NCBI GenBank assembly: GCA_964422715.1
Contig: CAYRCM010000008.1
Location: 1,894 to 65,893 of the forward strand
Source: an uncultured Myxococcales bacterium
GTDB lineage: Bacteria > Myxococcota_A > UBA9042 > PWKZ01 > CAYRCM01
DNA length: 64,000 nt
Direction of reading: 5' to 3'
Positions 37,668-47,317 of this stretch are shown here, piece by piece; position 1 is the stretch's first letter, and every line of letters begins with the position of its first letter. Both the position numbers and the translations under genes were made by a program. A model generated the notes under the pieces. The model was given only the letters and a program-made list of their open reading frames with translations. It did not search any database and was not told where the DNA came from.

Positions 37668-40229
37668 TCAGGCCCAGCGGATGAGGCGCGGCTCGAAGGG
37701 GTGGACGAGGTCGGGGTGGCTCGGCAGCACCCGCACGGTGTAGCCGTGTTGCCCCGCGTCGCGGCACTGGGCATCGCCCTCGTACACGTGGCCGCCGTCG
37801 CCGGCGCGCTCGACGAAACGCATGGGCAGCGCACTTGCCTCGCGGAACTGGCCGTCGGCCGTGAGCGGTCCGGAATAGACCTCGACCGCCACGTCGTCGG
37901 GGGTGAGCGGGCCGAGTTGCACGACCGCGCGCACGAGGAGCTTGCTGCCGACGAGGCAGGGCTGCGGGCTGCGCTCTTCGATGGCCGTGATGCGCACTTC
38001 GGGCCAGGCCCCTTCGAGGCGCAGCATCCAGTCGACGAGCGCCCGCGTGCGCCGCAGATCGCCTTCGAGCAGTTCGCGGCGCCGCCGCGCGGCCGGCAGG
38101 TAGCAGCGGTCGAGGTAGCCCTGCACCATGCGGTGCGTGTTGAAGTACGGACACACGGAGCGCATGCAGGCCTTCATGCGCGCGATCCAGCCGCGCGGCA
38201 GCCCGGAGCGCGTGCGCTCGTAGAAGAGCGGTTTGACCTCTTTTTCGAGCAGCGCGTAGAGCGCCGCCGATTCGACGGCGTCCTGTTCGGCGAGCCGGTC
38301 GGCCGGATACTCTTCGCCGCGCCCGATGGCCCAGCCGAGGTTCGGCCGGTAGCCCTCGACCCACCAGCCGTCGAGCACGCTCAGGTTGAGCACGCCGTTG
38401 ACGGCCGCCTTCATGCCGCTCGTGCCGCTCGCTTCGAGTGGCCGGCGCGGCGTGTTGAGCCACACGTCGACGCCCTGCACGAGGTAGCGCGCTATCGCCA
38501 TGTCGTAGTCTTCGAGGAAGAGCACGCGGTTGCGGAGGTCGCCGCCGCGCACGGCGCGCACGATGTCGCGGATGAGGCCCTTGCCGGCCTCGTCCTGCGG
38601 GTGGGCCTTGCCGGCGAAGATGAGTTGCACGGGCCGGTCGCGGTCGAGCAGCAAGTTCGTCAGCCGTTCCATGTCGCGGAACAGCAGCGTCGCACGTTTG
38701 TAGGTCGCGAACCGCCGCGCGAAACCGATCGTGAGGGCCTCGGGGTTGAGCACTTCGTCGGCCACGGCGGCGTCGCGCGCCGACGAACCGCTGCGTTCGA
38801 GCTGCCAGCGCAGCCGCTCGCGCGCAAACCCGACCAGCCGCTCGCGGCGCCGCTCATGCGTGCGCCACAGTTCCTCGTCGGGGATCTGGTCGACGCGGCC
38901 CCAGACCGTGGGGTCCTGCGGCTCGTAGACCCAGCGCTCGCCGAGGTAGCGGTCGAACAGCACGCCGAGGTCGTGAGAAATCCAGGTGCGCGTGTGGATG
39001 CCGTTCGTGATGGAGCGGATGGGGATTTCCTCGGTAGGTACCTCGGGCCAGATGCGCTGCCACATGTGCCGTGACACCTGGCCGTGCAGCTTGGAGACCC
39101 CGTTGACGTGGTCGGACGCCTTGATGGCGAGCACCGTCATGCAAAACGGTTCGTGCGCGTCGTGGCGGTCTTCGCGGCCGAGCGCCAGAAACTCTTCGAA
39201 CGACACCCCGAAGTCGCGCCGATAGGGCTCGAAGTACTTGCGCATGAGGGCCGGCTCGAAGCGGTCGTTGCCCGCGGGCACCGGCGTGTGCGTGGTGAAC
39301 ACGTTCGTGGTCGACGTGGCTTCGTGCGCCTGGCGAAAGCCGATGTTGTGCTTCACCATGGCGTGGCGAATGCGTTCGAGCGCCAGAAACGCCGAATGGC
39401 CCTCGTTCATGTGGAACACGGTGGGCTCGATGCCGAGCGCCCCGAGCACGCGCATGCCGCCGATGCCGAGCAGGATTTCCTGGCGGATGCGCATCTCGTT
39501 GTCGCCGCCGTAGAGCCGTGCCGTGATCTGGCGCTGATCGGGGCGGTTTTCGGCCACGTTCGCGTCCATGACATAGAGCGGCACGCGGCCCACCTGGACG
39601 CGCCACACGCGCACGGACACGGGTCCGTCGGGCAGTTCGACCTGGATGCGCAGTTCGTCGCCGTTCGGCTGCCTGAGCAGCGTGATGGGCAGCGCGTGGA
39701 AGTCGATGTCGGAGTACGTCTCGCGCTGCCAGCCGTCGGCCGTCAGTTGCTGCTGGAAGTAGCCTTCCGAGTAGAGCAGCCCGATGCCGACGAGCGGGAT
39801 GCCCATGTCGCTCGCGGCCTTGAGGTGGTCGCCGGCGAGCACGCCCATGCCCCCCGAGTACATCTGCACGCACTCGGTGAGCGCGTACTCGAACGAGAAG
39901 TAGGCGACGGAGATGTTCTGGTCGCGCGGATAGGTCTTGGCAAACCACGTGGTGTCGTTGACGTACGCGTGTAGCGCACGGCTGCAGCGGTCGAGCTGCG
40001 CGCGGAAACTCTCGTCGTTGGCGAGAAAGCGCAGCCGCTCCTGGCGCACCCGTCCAAGCAGCCGGATGGGGTTGTGGTGCGTTTCTTCCCAGAGTTGGTT
40101 GTCGATGCGGCGGAAGAGGAAGATGCCCTGGTGGTTCCAGCTCCACCACAGGTTGTGGGCCAGTTCGCGCAACGGCTCCAGGGCGGGCGGCAGAGACGGC
40201 ACAACGTTGAAGCGGCGAATATTCTTCAT
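37668..40229 (-). CDS. glgP: Alpha-glucan (glycogen/maltodextrin) phosphorylase, 853 aa
   Basis: YSGGMGVLAGD, HMNEGH, FTTHTPVPAG, GFARRFATYKR, FAGKAHP, PLP-Lys motif EASGTSGMKA. Confidence 0.96.
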   Translation of the reverse strand: MKNIRRFNVVPSLPPALEPLRELAHNLWWSWNHQGIFLFRRIDNQLWEETHHNPIRLLGRVRQERLRFLANDESFRAQLDRCSRALHAYVNDTTWFAKTYPRDQNISVAYFSFEYALTECVQMYSGGMGVLAGDHLKAASDMGIPLVGIGLLYSEGYFQQQLTADGWQRETYSDIDFHALPITLLRQPNGDELRIQVELPDGPVSVRVWRVQVGRVPLYVMDANVAENRPDQRQITARLYGGDNEMRIRQEILLGIGGMRVLGALGIEPTVFHMNEGHSAFLALERIRHAMVKHNIGFRQAHEATSTTNVFTTHTPVPAGNDRFEPALMRKYFEPYRRDFGVSFEEFLALGREDRHDAHEPFCMTVLAIKASDHVNGVSKLHGQVSRHMWQRIWPEVPTEEIPIRSITNGIHTRTWISHDLGVLFDRYLGERWVYEPQDPTVWGRVDQIPDEELWRTHERRRERLVGFARERLRWQLERSGSSARDAAVADEVLNPEALTIGFARRFATYKRATLLFRDMERLTNLLLDRDRPVQLIFAGKAHPQDEAGKGLIRDIVRAVRGGDLRNRVLFLEDYDMAIARYLVQGVDVWLNTPRRPLEASGTSGMKAAVNGVLNLSVLDGWWVEGYRPNLGWAIGRGEEYPADRLAEQDAVESAALYALLEKEVKPLFYERTRSGLPRGWIARMKACMRSVCPYFNTHRMVQGYLDRCYLPAARRRRELLEGDLRRTRALVDWMLRLEGAWPEVRITAIEERSPQPCLVGSKLLVRAVVQLGPLTPDDVAVEVYSGPLTADGQFREASALPMRFVERAGDGGHVYEGDAQCRDAGQHGYTVRVLPSHPDLVHPFEPRLIRWA

Positions 40230-40350
40230 GAACGACCTTTCCTCCAGGCGCTGCACCCGGCACCGTGGGCGCAGCGCGGGGCGATCCTTGCATCGCCCGG
40301 GCCGAAAAAACAAGCCGCGGCGCGCTGCGGGCCGGCCCGCGCCAAGCGGG

Positions 40351-40380
40351 TTGACAGGCCCGGGCCGCCCCCACTATAGA
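40351..40380 (+). promoter_or_regulatory. Candidate sigma70 promoter for the oxidoreductase-GT2-deacetylase operon
   Basis: TTGACA-N18-TATAGA. Confidence 0.55.
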
Positions 40381-40412
40381 GAGCGGTCCGTTTGATGCGG
40401 GGTGGCGCGCGC

Positions 40413-41729
40413 ATGCAGTCGGTCGAAACGGTCATTCTGGGAGCGGGGTTGGCGGGGCTCAGCACGGCCTATCAACTGGGCCGCGACTACCTCCTCATCG
40501 AACGCGAGGCGCGCGTGGGCGGGCTCGCGCGCACCGAGACGGTGGGCGGCTTCGCCTTCGACTGGACCGGCCACTGGCTGCACCTGCGCCACGCCCACAA
40601 CCGCCGCCTCGTCGACGAGCTGCTCGGCGACCGCATGGTCGAGGTGCAGCGCGTCGCGCGCATCTGGTCGCACGGGGTCTTCACCGAGTACCCCTACCAG
40701 GCCAACCTGCACGGCCTGCCGCTGCCGGTCGTCAAGGAATGCCTGATGGGCGCCATCCGGGCGCTCGCCGGACCCGCCGCCGGCGACGTGCCGCGCGACT
40801 TCGCCGACTACGTGCTGCGGCACTTCGGCGCCGGCATCGCGCGGCACTTCATGATCCCCTACAACACGAAACTCTGGGGCTGCCCGCCCGAAGACATCAC
40901 GGCCGCCTGGTGCAGCCGCTTCGTGCCCGTGCCGAGCCTCGAACAGATCGTCGACGGGGCGCTCGGACTGCACCAGTCCATGGGCTACAACGTCGCGTTC
41001 CGCTACCCGCGGGCGGGCGGCATCGAAGCCCTGCCGCAGGCGCTCGCGGCGCACCTCGAGCCGGCGCGCATCCGGCTCGAGACGGCCCCAACCCGCATCG
41101 ATCCCGCCCGCCGCACGCTGCAACTGCCCACGGGCGAAACCCTCGGCTATACGTGGCTCGTATCGAGCATCCCGTTGCCGGCGCTCATCGACCTGCTCGC
41201 CGACGTGCCGGCCCCGGTGCGCGCCGCGCGCGCCACGCTGCGCTACACGACGTTGCGCTTCATGGACGTCGGGCTGCGGAGCGAACGGCCCTTCGACGGC
41301 GCCCACTGGCTGTACTTGCCTGAGCCCGAGCTGCCGTTCTACCGCATCGGGGTGTACTCCAACGCCATCCCCGCCATGGCCCCGGCGGGCCACGCCGCGT
41401 GCTACGTCGAGTGCTCCAACGTCAACCGGCCGCCCGACGCCGTGCTGCAGGCCGAGCTGCGCGCATTGCTCGTCCGGCTCGGCGCCATCGAGCGCCCCGA
41501 CCAGATTGTCGTCGAACGCTTCCGCGAAGTGCCCGTGGCCTACGTCGTCTTCGATCACGCCTACTTCGCCGCGTTGCAGGTCATCCGCGCGTACCTCGAA
41601 GCCCACGGCATCCTGTCCATCGGGCGCTATGGCCGCTGGATCTACGCCGCCATGGACGACGCGCTCGACGACGGCTTCGAGACCGCGGCCCGCATCCGCG
41701 GGCAGGCTCCCGGCAGAAACGAAGGATAG
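40413..41729 (+). CDS. FAD-dependent oxidoreductase (protoporphyrinogen oxidase/UDP-galactopyranose mutase-like, glycan-cluster type)
   Basis: [46 protein letters not shown]. Start may be 40395. Confidence 0.75.
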   Translation: MQSVETVILGAGLAGLSTAYQLGRDYLLIEREARVGGLARTETVGGFAFDWTGHWLHLRHAHNRRLVDELLGDRMVEVQRVARIWSHGVFTEYPYQANLHGLPLPVVKECLMGAIRALAGPAAGDVPRDFADYVLRHFGAGIARHFMIPYNTKLWGCPPEDITAAWCSRFVPVPSLEQIVDGALGLHQSMGYNVAFRYPRAGGIEALPQALAAHLEPARIRLETAPTRIDPARRTLQLPTGETLGYTWLVSSIPLPALIDLLADVPAPVRAARATLRYTTLRFMDVGLRSERPFDGAHWLYLPEPELPFYRIGVYSNAIPAMAPAGHAACYVECSNVNRPPDAVLQAELRALLVRLGAIERPDQIVVERFREVPVAYVVFDHAYFAALQVIRAYLEAHGILSIGRYGRWIYAAMDDALDDGFETAARIRGQAPGRNEG

Positions 41730-41737
41730 GAGGACCC

Positions 41738-42493
41738 GTGCGCAAATCCGATCGCCGCAACGTTTCCGAGGCGGCTGCCGACAGCGAACGGCCGGTCGTC
41801 AGCATCGTCATCCCGGTCTACAACGAGGAAGGGCTGCTGTTCGCGTCCATCGTCGAACTCGTCGAAAAGATGAAGGCTCTCGACGTTCCGTACGAGATTC
41901 TCATCTGCGAGAACGGCTCCACCGACCGCACGCTCGAAATCGCCTACGAGCTCGAACGCCAGTTTCCGCCCGTGCGCGCCCTCTCGCTCGGCGAGCCGAA
42001 CTACGGCAAGGCCATGCGCCGCGGCATCCTCGAAGCCCGCGGCGACTACGTCATCTGCGACGAGATCGACATCTGCGACACGCGCTTCCATCGCCGCGCC
42101 CTCGACGCGCTCATGGCCGACCAGTGCGACATGGTCGTCGGCTCCAAACTGCACCCCGACGCACGCGACCGCCGGCCGCTCATGCGCCGCACCGCCAGCA
42201 TGGTCATGAACGGGCTGCTGCGCGTGCTGCTCGACTTCAAGGGCACGGACACGCACGGGCTCAAGGCGTTCCACCGCGAACGGCTGCTCGCGGTCGTCAA
42301 CCGCTGTATCGTCGACAAGGACCTGTTCGCCTCCGAGTTCGTCATCCGCGCCGAACGCGGGCAGTTCCGCATCCTCGAGGTCCCGGTCGAAATCGTCGAG
42401 AAGCGGCAGCCCTCCATCAACCTGTTGCGGCGCGTGCCGAACGTGTTGCGCAACCTCGGGCGGCTGTTCGTGGTCATCCGACTCAGGGGCTAG
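41738..42493 (+). CDS. GT2 glycosyltransferase, polyprenol-phosphate glycosyltransferase (DPM1/ArnC-like)
   Basis: AGGAGG plus GTG; [23 protein letters not shown]...[19 protein letters not shown]. Confidence 0.88.
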   Translation: MRKSDRRNVSEAAADSERPVVSIVIPVYNEEGLLFASIVELVEKMKALDVPYEILICENGSTDRTLEIAYELERQFPPVRALSLGEPNYGKAMRRGILEARGDYVICDEIDICDTRFHRRALDALMADQCDMVVGSKLHPDARDRRPLMRRTASMVMNGLLRVLLDFKGTDTHGLKAFHRERLLAVVNRCIVDKDLFASEFVIRAERGQFRILEVPVEIVEKRQPSINLLRRVPNVLRNLGRLFVVIRLRG

Positions 42494-42496
42494 GCG

Positions 42497-43417
42497 ATGG
42501 CGCCGAACCGGCGGCTGCTCATCGGCGTCGACGTCGACGGGCTCGACCAGTACCGTCGCATCCACGGACTGCCGGCGGCCGGCCCCGAACCGGAAGCCTG
42601 GACGGTCGGGGTGCCGCGGTTTCTCGCGCTGTTCGAGCGGCTCGGGCTGCGGGCCACGTTCTTCGCCATCGCCGCCGACCTCGAACACCCCGCCGCGCGG
42701 GCCGTGGCCGAACGGGTGCTCGCCGCGGGCCACGAACTGGCGAGCCACTCGTGGCACCACCCCTACGACCTCGTACGGCTGCCGGCGGCCGCGGCCGAAG
42801 CCGAAATCGTCGAGGCCGATCGCCGGCTGCGCGCGCTCACGGGCGGTCCCATCGCGGGCTACCGCGCGCCCGGCTACGCCCAGAGCCCGGCCGTGCTCGC
42901 GACGCTCGCGCGGCTCGGCTACCGCTACGACTCCTCGGCCTTCCCCTGCCCGCCCTACGTGGCGGCGAAGGCGCTCATCATGGCCGGCATGGCGCTCACC
43001 GGCCGGCCGAGCCGTTCCATCCTGCACCGGCCGCTCCAGGCGTTCGGCGCGCGCACGCCGCACCGCCTGCGGACGGCCGCCGGGCCGCTCTGGAGCCTGC
43101 CCATCTCGGTCCTGCCGGGGCTGCGCTTCCCGCTCATCGGCACGGCGCTGACGGCCCTCGGCCCGCGCGGGGTGGCCGGGCTCGCCCCGCTTGTGGCGCG
43201 CATGCGCTACGTCAACCTCGAATTCCACGCCCTCGATCTGCTCGAGCTTCAGGCCGACGGGCTCGACCCGGTCTTCCGCGTGCAGCCCGACCTGCGGGTG
43301 CCGGTGGCCCACAAAACGGCGCTCTTCGAGGCGTTCCTCGGGCGCGCCGGGCGCGCCGCCGAATCGCGCACGTTGGCCGAATTCGCGGCCGAGTGCGGCC
43401 CACCCGCGGGCGCATAG
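42497..43417 (+). CDS. Polysaccharide deacetylase (CE4/NodB homology)
   Basis: VDVD, ATFF, HELASHSWHH, GYRAPGY, GYRYDSS. Confidence 0.85.
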   Translation: MAPNRRLLIGVDVDGLDQYRRIHGLPAAGPEPEAWTVGVPRFLALFERLGLRATFFAIAADLEHPAARAVAERVLAAGHELASHSWHHPYDLVRLPAAAAEAEIVEADRRLRALTGGPIAGYRAPGYAQSPAVLATLARLGYRYDSSAFPCPPYVAAKALIMAGMALTGRPSRSILHRPLQAFGARTPHRLRTAAGPLWSLPISVLPGLRFPLIGTALTALGPRGVAGLAPLVARMRYVNLEFHALDLLELQADGLDPVFRVQPDLRVPVAHKTALFEAFLGRAGRAAESRTLAEFAAECGPPAGA

Positions 43418-43483
43418 CCGCGCAAGCCGCTGCCGGCCCCGTTCGACCCGCCAGAGAGGGCGCAGGGGATCGCGAAAGGCGCT

Positions 43484-44848
43484 TCAGGGGGCCACGGCTT
43501 CGCGCACGACGCGGAGCGGCGCCCGGCGCGCCACGGCCCGCCGTTCGAGCACGCGCAGCACCTTGAAGTCGTCCTGGCGCGCTTCGGCCATGAGTTGCTG
43601 CGCGCGCCGCAGCGGCGCGAGGTCGACCTCGATGCCGTAGCCCGCGAACAGTTCGCGCAGTTCCGCGTGGCAGATCTCGATGGAGCGACGCGTGGACGCG
43701 AAGCCGTGTTCGGCGGCCTCGGCGCGCTTCCAGAACGCGACCGGGTTGATGGAGAAGAACTGGTGGTCGGTTTCGGCCGGCTCGATGCAGATGATGTCGC
43801 CGTGGAAGTTGGGGTCGCGCGCAAACTGTTCGAGCGACAGGTGCAGCCTGGAGTGCAGCATGGCGCGCACGGACTGGTTGATGAGCGTCGGCAGGCCGAG
43901 ATCGCTCAGGTGCTCGAAGTGCCGCCCCATGGCCGTTTCGCGCGAAAAATGCCAGGGCCGGAACGGGTTGTAGACGATGACCAGGTCGGCGCCTTTCGCG
44001 ACGGCCAGGTGGATGTTGGCGGTTTTCAGCAACCCCGCGTCGAGGTAGTCGTGGCCGGCGATGCGCGGCGGCTTGTAGAAGATGGGCAGCGCCGTCGACG
44101 CCTGCACGGCTTCGGAAATGGAGACGTTGTTGACCTCGTCGGGTCCGAAGATGACCTGTTCGGCGGTATCGGCGTCGGTGGCCAGGATGTACAGGGCCTT
44201 GCTGCGGTCGGTCTGCAACAAGCGGAAATTGTTAGGGACCCGATTGCGTTCGAGGTTGCGTCGCAGGTAGCGCTCGATGCGCTGGTTGTCGAAGATGCCC
44301 GCCGGCAGGTAGCTCGACGCGTACGGCAGGTCGGTCGAATCGAAGATGGCCCGCAGGATGGGCAGCGCCAACAGTTCGAGGTTGAGCATGTTCGGGTGGC
44401 GGACGAGTTCGCCGAGGAACTTCCACACCTCCCGCCGGCTGCGCCGCACGTAGCGCGCCGCCGCCCAGCCCACCTGGGGTCCGAGCGCCACGATGTCCCG
44501 CAACAACTTCGCGGGTTTGCGCGAAAACTCGTCGACGTTCGGATAGTAGAAGTCGCGCATGCGCATGCGCGAGATGCGCGGCGACGTGCCGCTGAGGCTG
44601 CGCAGCAGTTCCTCGGGCGGCACCCCCGAGGCGAGCGGTGCCGCGAGCAGGGCGCCGGCCGACAGGCCCACGTAGATGTCGAAGTCGGTGACCTTGACGT
44701 TCTGGATGTACTGGTTGAGCGCGATGAGCCCGCCGATCTTGAAGGCCCCGCCCGAGATGGCGCCCCCGGAGAGCACCAACGCCAGGCGCGCGTTGCGCCG
44801 GCGCCGACGGGGGCTCGAATTGCGCACGAGCGTGATGCCAACCGACAC
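43484..44848 (-). CDS. Patatin-like phospholipase family protein (454 aa)
   Basis: GGAGG plus GTG 44848; LVLSGGAISGG oxyanion loop, GLSAG nucleophile elbow, ASTALP..Y.P, YLDAG. Confidence 0.85.
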   Translation of the reverse strand: MSVGITLVRNSSPRRRRRNARLALVLSGGAISGGAFKIGGLIALNQYIQNVKVTDFDIYVGLSAGALLAAPLASGVPPEELLRSLSGTSPRISRMRMRDFYYPNVDEFSRKPAKLLRDIVALGPQVGWAAARYVRRSRREVWKFLGELVRHPNMLNLELLALPILRAIFDSTDLPYASSYLPAGIFDNQRIERYLRRNLERNRVPNNFRLLQTDRSKALYILATDADTAEQVIFGPDEVNNVSISEAVQASTALPIFYKPPRIAGHDYLDAGLLKTANIHLAVAKGADLVIVYNPFRPWHFSRETAMGRHFEHLSDLGLPTLINQSVRAMLHSRLHLSLEQFARDPNFHGDIICIEPAETDHQFFSINPVAFWKRAEAAEHGFASTRRSIEICHAELRELFAGYGIEVDLAPLRRAQQLMAEARQDDFKVLRVLERRAVARRAPLRVVREAVAP

Positions 44849-45089
44849 GGTCGCCCTCCCGGCGGGGCCATGGCCCGGCCCTGCTGCGGAGGATAGCGGT
44901 CCCCGTGAGCGCGCACAAGTTCCCGACTCCGCGCGGATTCGCCGCGGCGCGGGGGGCGCCTGGGCCGGGCCTGCGCCGGCGCGCCGACCGCCCGCCGCGG
45001 GCCGACTTTGCGCCGCGCCCGCGTGACAAGCGCGGGCCCTCGGCCTAGAAAGGACGGCGCGCGGCCCGCCCGGCCGCGCGGAGGGTGCC

Positions 45090-46022
45090 ATGGCCCGAAG
45101 CCCGCTCGGCAGACCCGCCCCGCTCGCTCCCGGCGACGAAGTCCGGGTCGTCGCGCCGTCGAGTCCCTTCGAGGCCGACGCGTTCGCGGCGGGCATCGCG
45201 GCTTTGCGGCGCTTCGGCCTCACGGTGCGCTGGCGGCCCGATCTCGAAGCGCGCGACGGCCACCTGGCCGGCAGCGATGCGCGCCGCGCGGCCGAATTCA
45301 ACGAGGCGCTCGGCGACCCGCGGGTGCGCGCCATCTGGGCCGTGCGCGGCGGCTCGGGGGCCCTGCGGCTCCTGCCGGCGCTCGGCCCGCCGCCTGCACG
45401 CCCAGGGCCGCCGCCACTGCTCATCGGGTTCAGCGACGTCACGGCGCTGCTGCGCTGGGCCGAGCGCGCGGCCGGCCTCGTCGCCTGGCACGGGCCGGTC
45501 GTGACCCAACTCGGCCGGCTCGCCCCCGCGGCGCTGCTCGGCGTGTGGCGCCGGCTCCAGGGCCTGGACCTGCCGGCGGAGCCGCTCTTCGCGGGCTTGC
45601 AGGTGCTGCGCGGCGGCTCGGCGCGCGGGGTGCTGCGCGGCGGCAACCTGTCGCTCGTCTCGGCGCTCGCCGGAACCCCGTGGGCCGTGCCGCTCGCCGG
45701 CACCGTGCTCCTGCTCGAAGACACCGGCGAGCCGCTCTATCGGCTCGACCGGCTGTTCACGCAACTCACGTTGCAGCGCGGTTTCGCGGGGCTGCGCGGG
45801 CTCGTGCTCGGCGACTTCGACGGCCTCACGCCGGCCGAGACCGACTGGTTTCGCGGCCGCGTGCTCGCGGCGACGGAAGCCCGTGCCCTGCCCGTGCTGT
45901 GCGGCGCGCCGTTTGGCCACGGCCCGCGTCAGTCGCCCTTCCCGCTCGGCGTTTCGGCACGCATCGACGGCACCGCGGGCCGGGTCGTGCTCGCCGAGTC
46001 GCCGTGGGCGCAACGCCCATGA
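45090..46022 (+). CDS. LD-carboxypeptidase (peptidase S66)
   Basis: VVAPSS, RGGSG, GFSDVT (Ser), GGNLS, LEDTGE (Glu), FGHG (His). Confidence 0.9.
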   Translation: MARSPLGRPAPLAPGDEVRVVAPSSPFEADAFAAGIAALRRFGLTVRWRPDLEARDGHLAGSDARRAAEFNEALGDPRVRAIWAVRGGSGALRLLPALGPPPARPGPPPLLIGFSDVTALLRWAERAAGLVAWHGPVVTQLGRLAPAALLGVWRRLQGLDLPAEPLFAGLQVLRGGSARGVLRGGNLSLVSALAGTPWAVPLAGTVLLLEDTGEPLYRLDRLFTQLTLQRGFAGLRGLVLGDFDGLTPAETDWFRGRVLAATEARALPVLCGAPFGHGPRQSPFPLGVSARIDGTAGRVVLAESPWAQRP

Positions 46023-47164
46023 CCCCGACGCTCCCGCCCGCGCCGGCCGCCGTGACGGCCCTCCTCCGGCAGGGAGTCGCCGACGGCACGTTCCCTTGTG
46101 CCGCCCTGTTTGCAGCCCGGCTGGGCGGTGGGGCGTTTGCGGCCCACGTCGGCCGGCTCACGTACGCGGCCGAGGCGCCACCGCTCACGCCCGCGGCGCG
46201 CTTCGACCTCGCCTCGCTCACGAAACCGCTCGGCGCCGTCACCGTGGCCATGCGCGGGGTGGCCGCCGGCTGGCTCGATCTCCGCACCCCGGTCGCGGCG
46301 GTACTCGCGGATTTCTCGACGCCGCCCTGGCACACCGTGACGCTCGCGCACCTGCTGCAGCACGCCTCGGGGCTGGTCGACTGGCGCCCGTACTTCCGTG
46401 ACTTCCGCACGGCCGCGCCCCCGGCACCGCCGGGCGGAGCCGCAGCCCGCGACTTCTTCCGGCAACGGCTTGCCGCCGAGCCGCTCGTGCGCGTGCCGGG
46501 CAGTTCGTCCCTCTACAGCGACCTCGGCTTCCTCGTGCTCGGCCTCGCACTCGAAGCGCTCGGCGGGCTGCCGCTGCCCGCGCTGGTCGCCCGCGAAGTG
46601 GCCGGGCCCCTCGGTCTCGGCGCGGCCGAGTTCGGCTACCGGGCGACCGCGTCGTGGGCGCCGGAGCAGCCCCCGGAGGCGCCGGAAACCGTCGTCCCGA
46701 CCGAGTGTTGCGCCTGGCGGGGCGGGCTCGTACACGGCGTCGTGCACGACGAGAACGCCCATGCGCTCGGGGGGGTGGCCCCGCACGCGGGCCTGTTCGC
46801 GACCCTCGGGGCGGTGGGGCGCTGGGCGGAGGCGTTGCTCGAAGCGGCCCTCGGCCGGCGCCCCGCGTTCCTGCCGGCCCCCGTGGTCAACGCGTTCTTC
46901 GATGCGGCACCGCTGCCGGGCGCCACCTGGCATCTCGGCTTCGACGGAACGAATCCGGCGGGTTCCGCCGGTGGCCGGCGCCTTTCGCCCGACGCCGTCG
47001 GCCATCTCGGATTCACGGGCACGTCGGTGTGGCTCGATCGGCGCGCCGAGCTCGGGGTCGTGCTGCTGACGAATCGCGTGCATCCGACGCGCGACAATTG
47101 GCGAATCCGCGATTTTCGACCGCGCCTGCACGACGCGGTCGTCGGGGCCCTCCGCGGCGGGTAG
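46019..47164 (+). CDS. Serine hydrolase, beta-lactamase/AmpC-like fold (esterase/peptidase type)
   Basis: ATGA overlap; FDLASLTK (SxxK), LLQHASG, YSDLGF, VHDENA, HAGLF, GHLGFTG, LTNRVHP. Confidence 0.88.
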   Translation: MTPTLPPAPAAVTALLRQGVADGTFPCAALFAARLGGGAFAAHVGRLTYAAEAPPLTPAARFDLASLTKPLGAVTVAMRGVAAGWLDLRTPVAAVLADFSTPPWHTVTLAHLLQHASGLVDWRPYFRDFRTAAPPAPPGGAAARDFFRQRLAAEPLVRVPGSSSLYSDLGFLVLGLALEALGGLPLPALVAREVAGPLGLGAAEFGYRATASWAPEQPPEAPETVVPTECCAWRGGLVHGVVHDENAHALGGVAPHAGLFATLGAVGRWAEALLEAALGRRPAFLPAPVVNAFFDAAPLPGATWHLGFDGTNPAGSAGGRRLSPDAVGHLGFTGTSVWLDRRAELGVVLLTNRVHPTRDNWRIRDFRPRLHDAVVGALRGG

Positions 47165-47228
47165 CCGGACGGCCGCGCCGGGGCGCCGGGGCCCGTCGCA
47201 GGCCGCTTTGCAGGCCCTTGATTTGGCG

Positions 47229-47257
47229 TTGTCAGCCGCGCGGGCGTGTGCTATACG
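47229..47257 (+). promoter_or_regulatory. Candidate sigma70 promoter for the giant TPR gene
   Basis: TTGTCA-N17-TATACG with extended TG. Confidence 0.55.
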
Positions 47258-47317
47258 ACCTCCGGTCGTAATGGTTCGTGCACAAACGCTTTTGTGCGGT
47301 TTTTTTGGGAGCGCTCC

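Noticed and set aside
46019-47164. Possible beta-lactam resistance gene
   Set aside because: YSD and HLG replace the AmpC YxN and KTG motifs and there is no signal peptide. This fits esterase/peptidase members of the fold.
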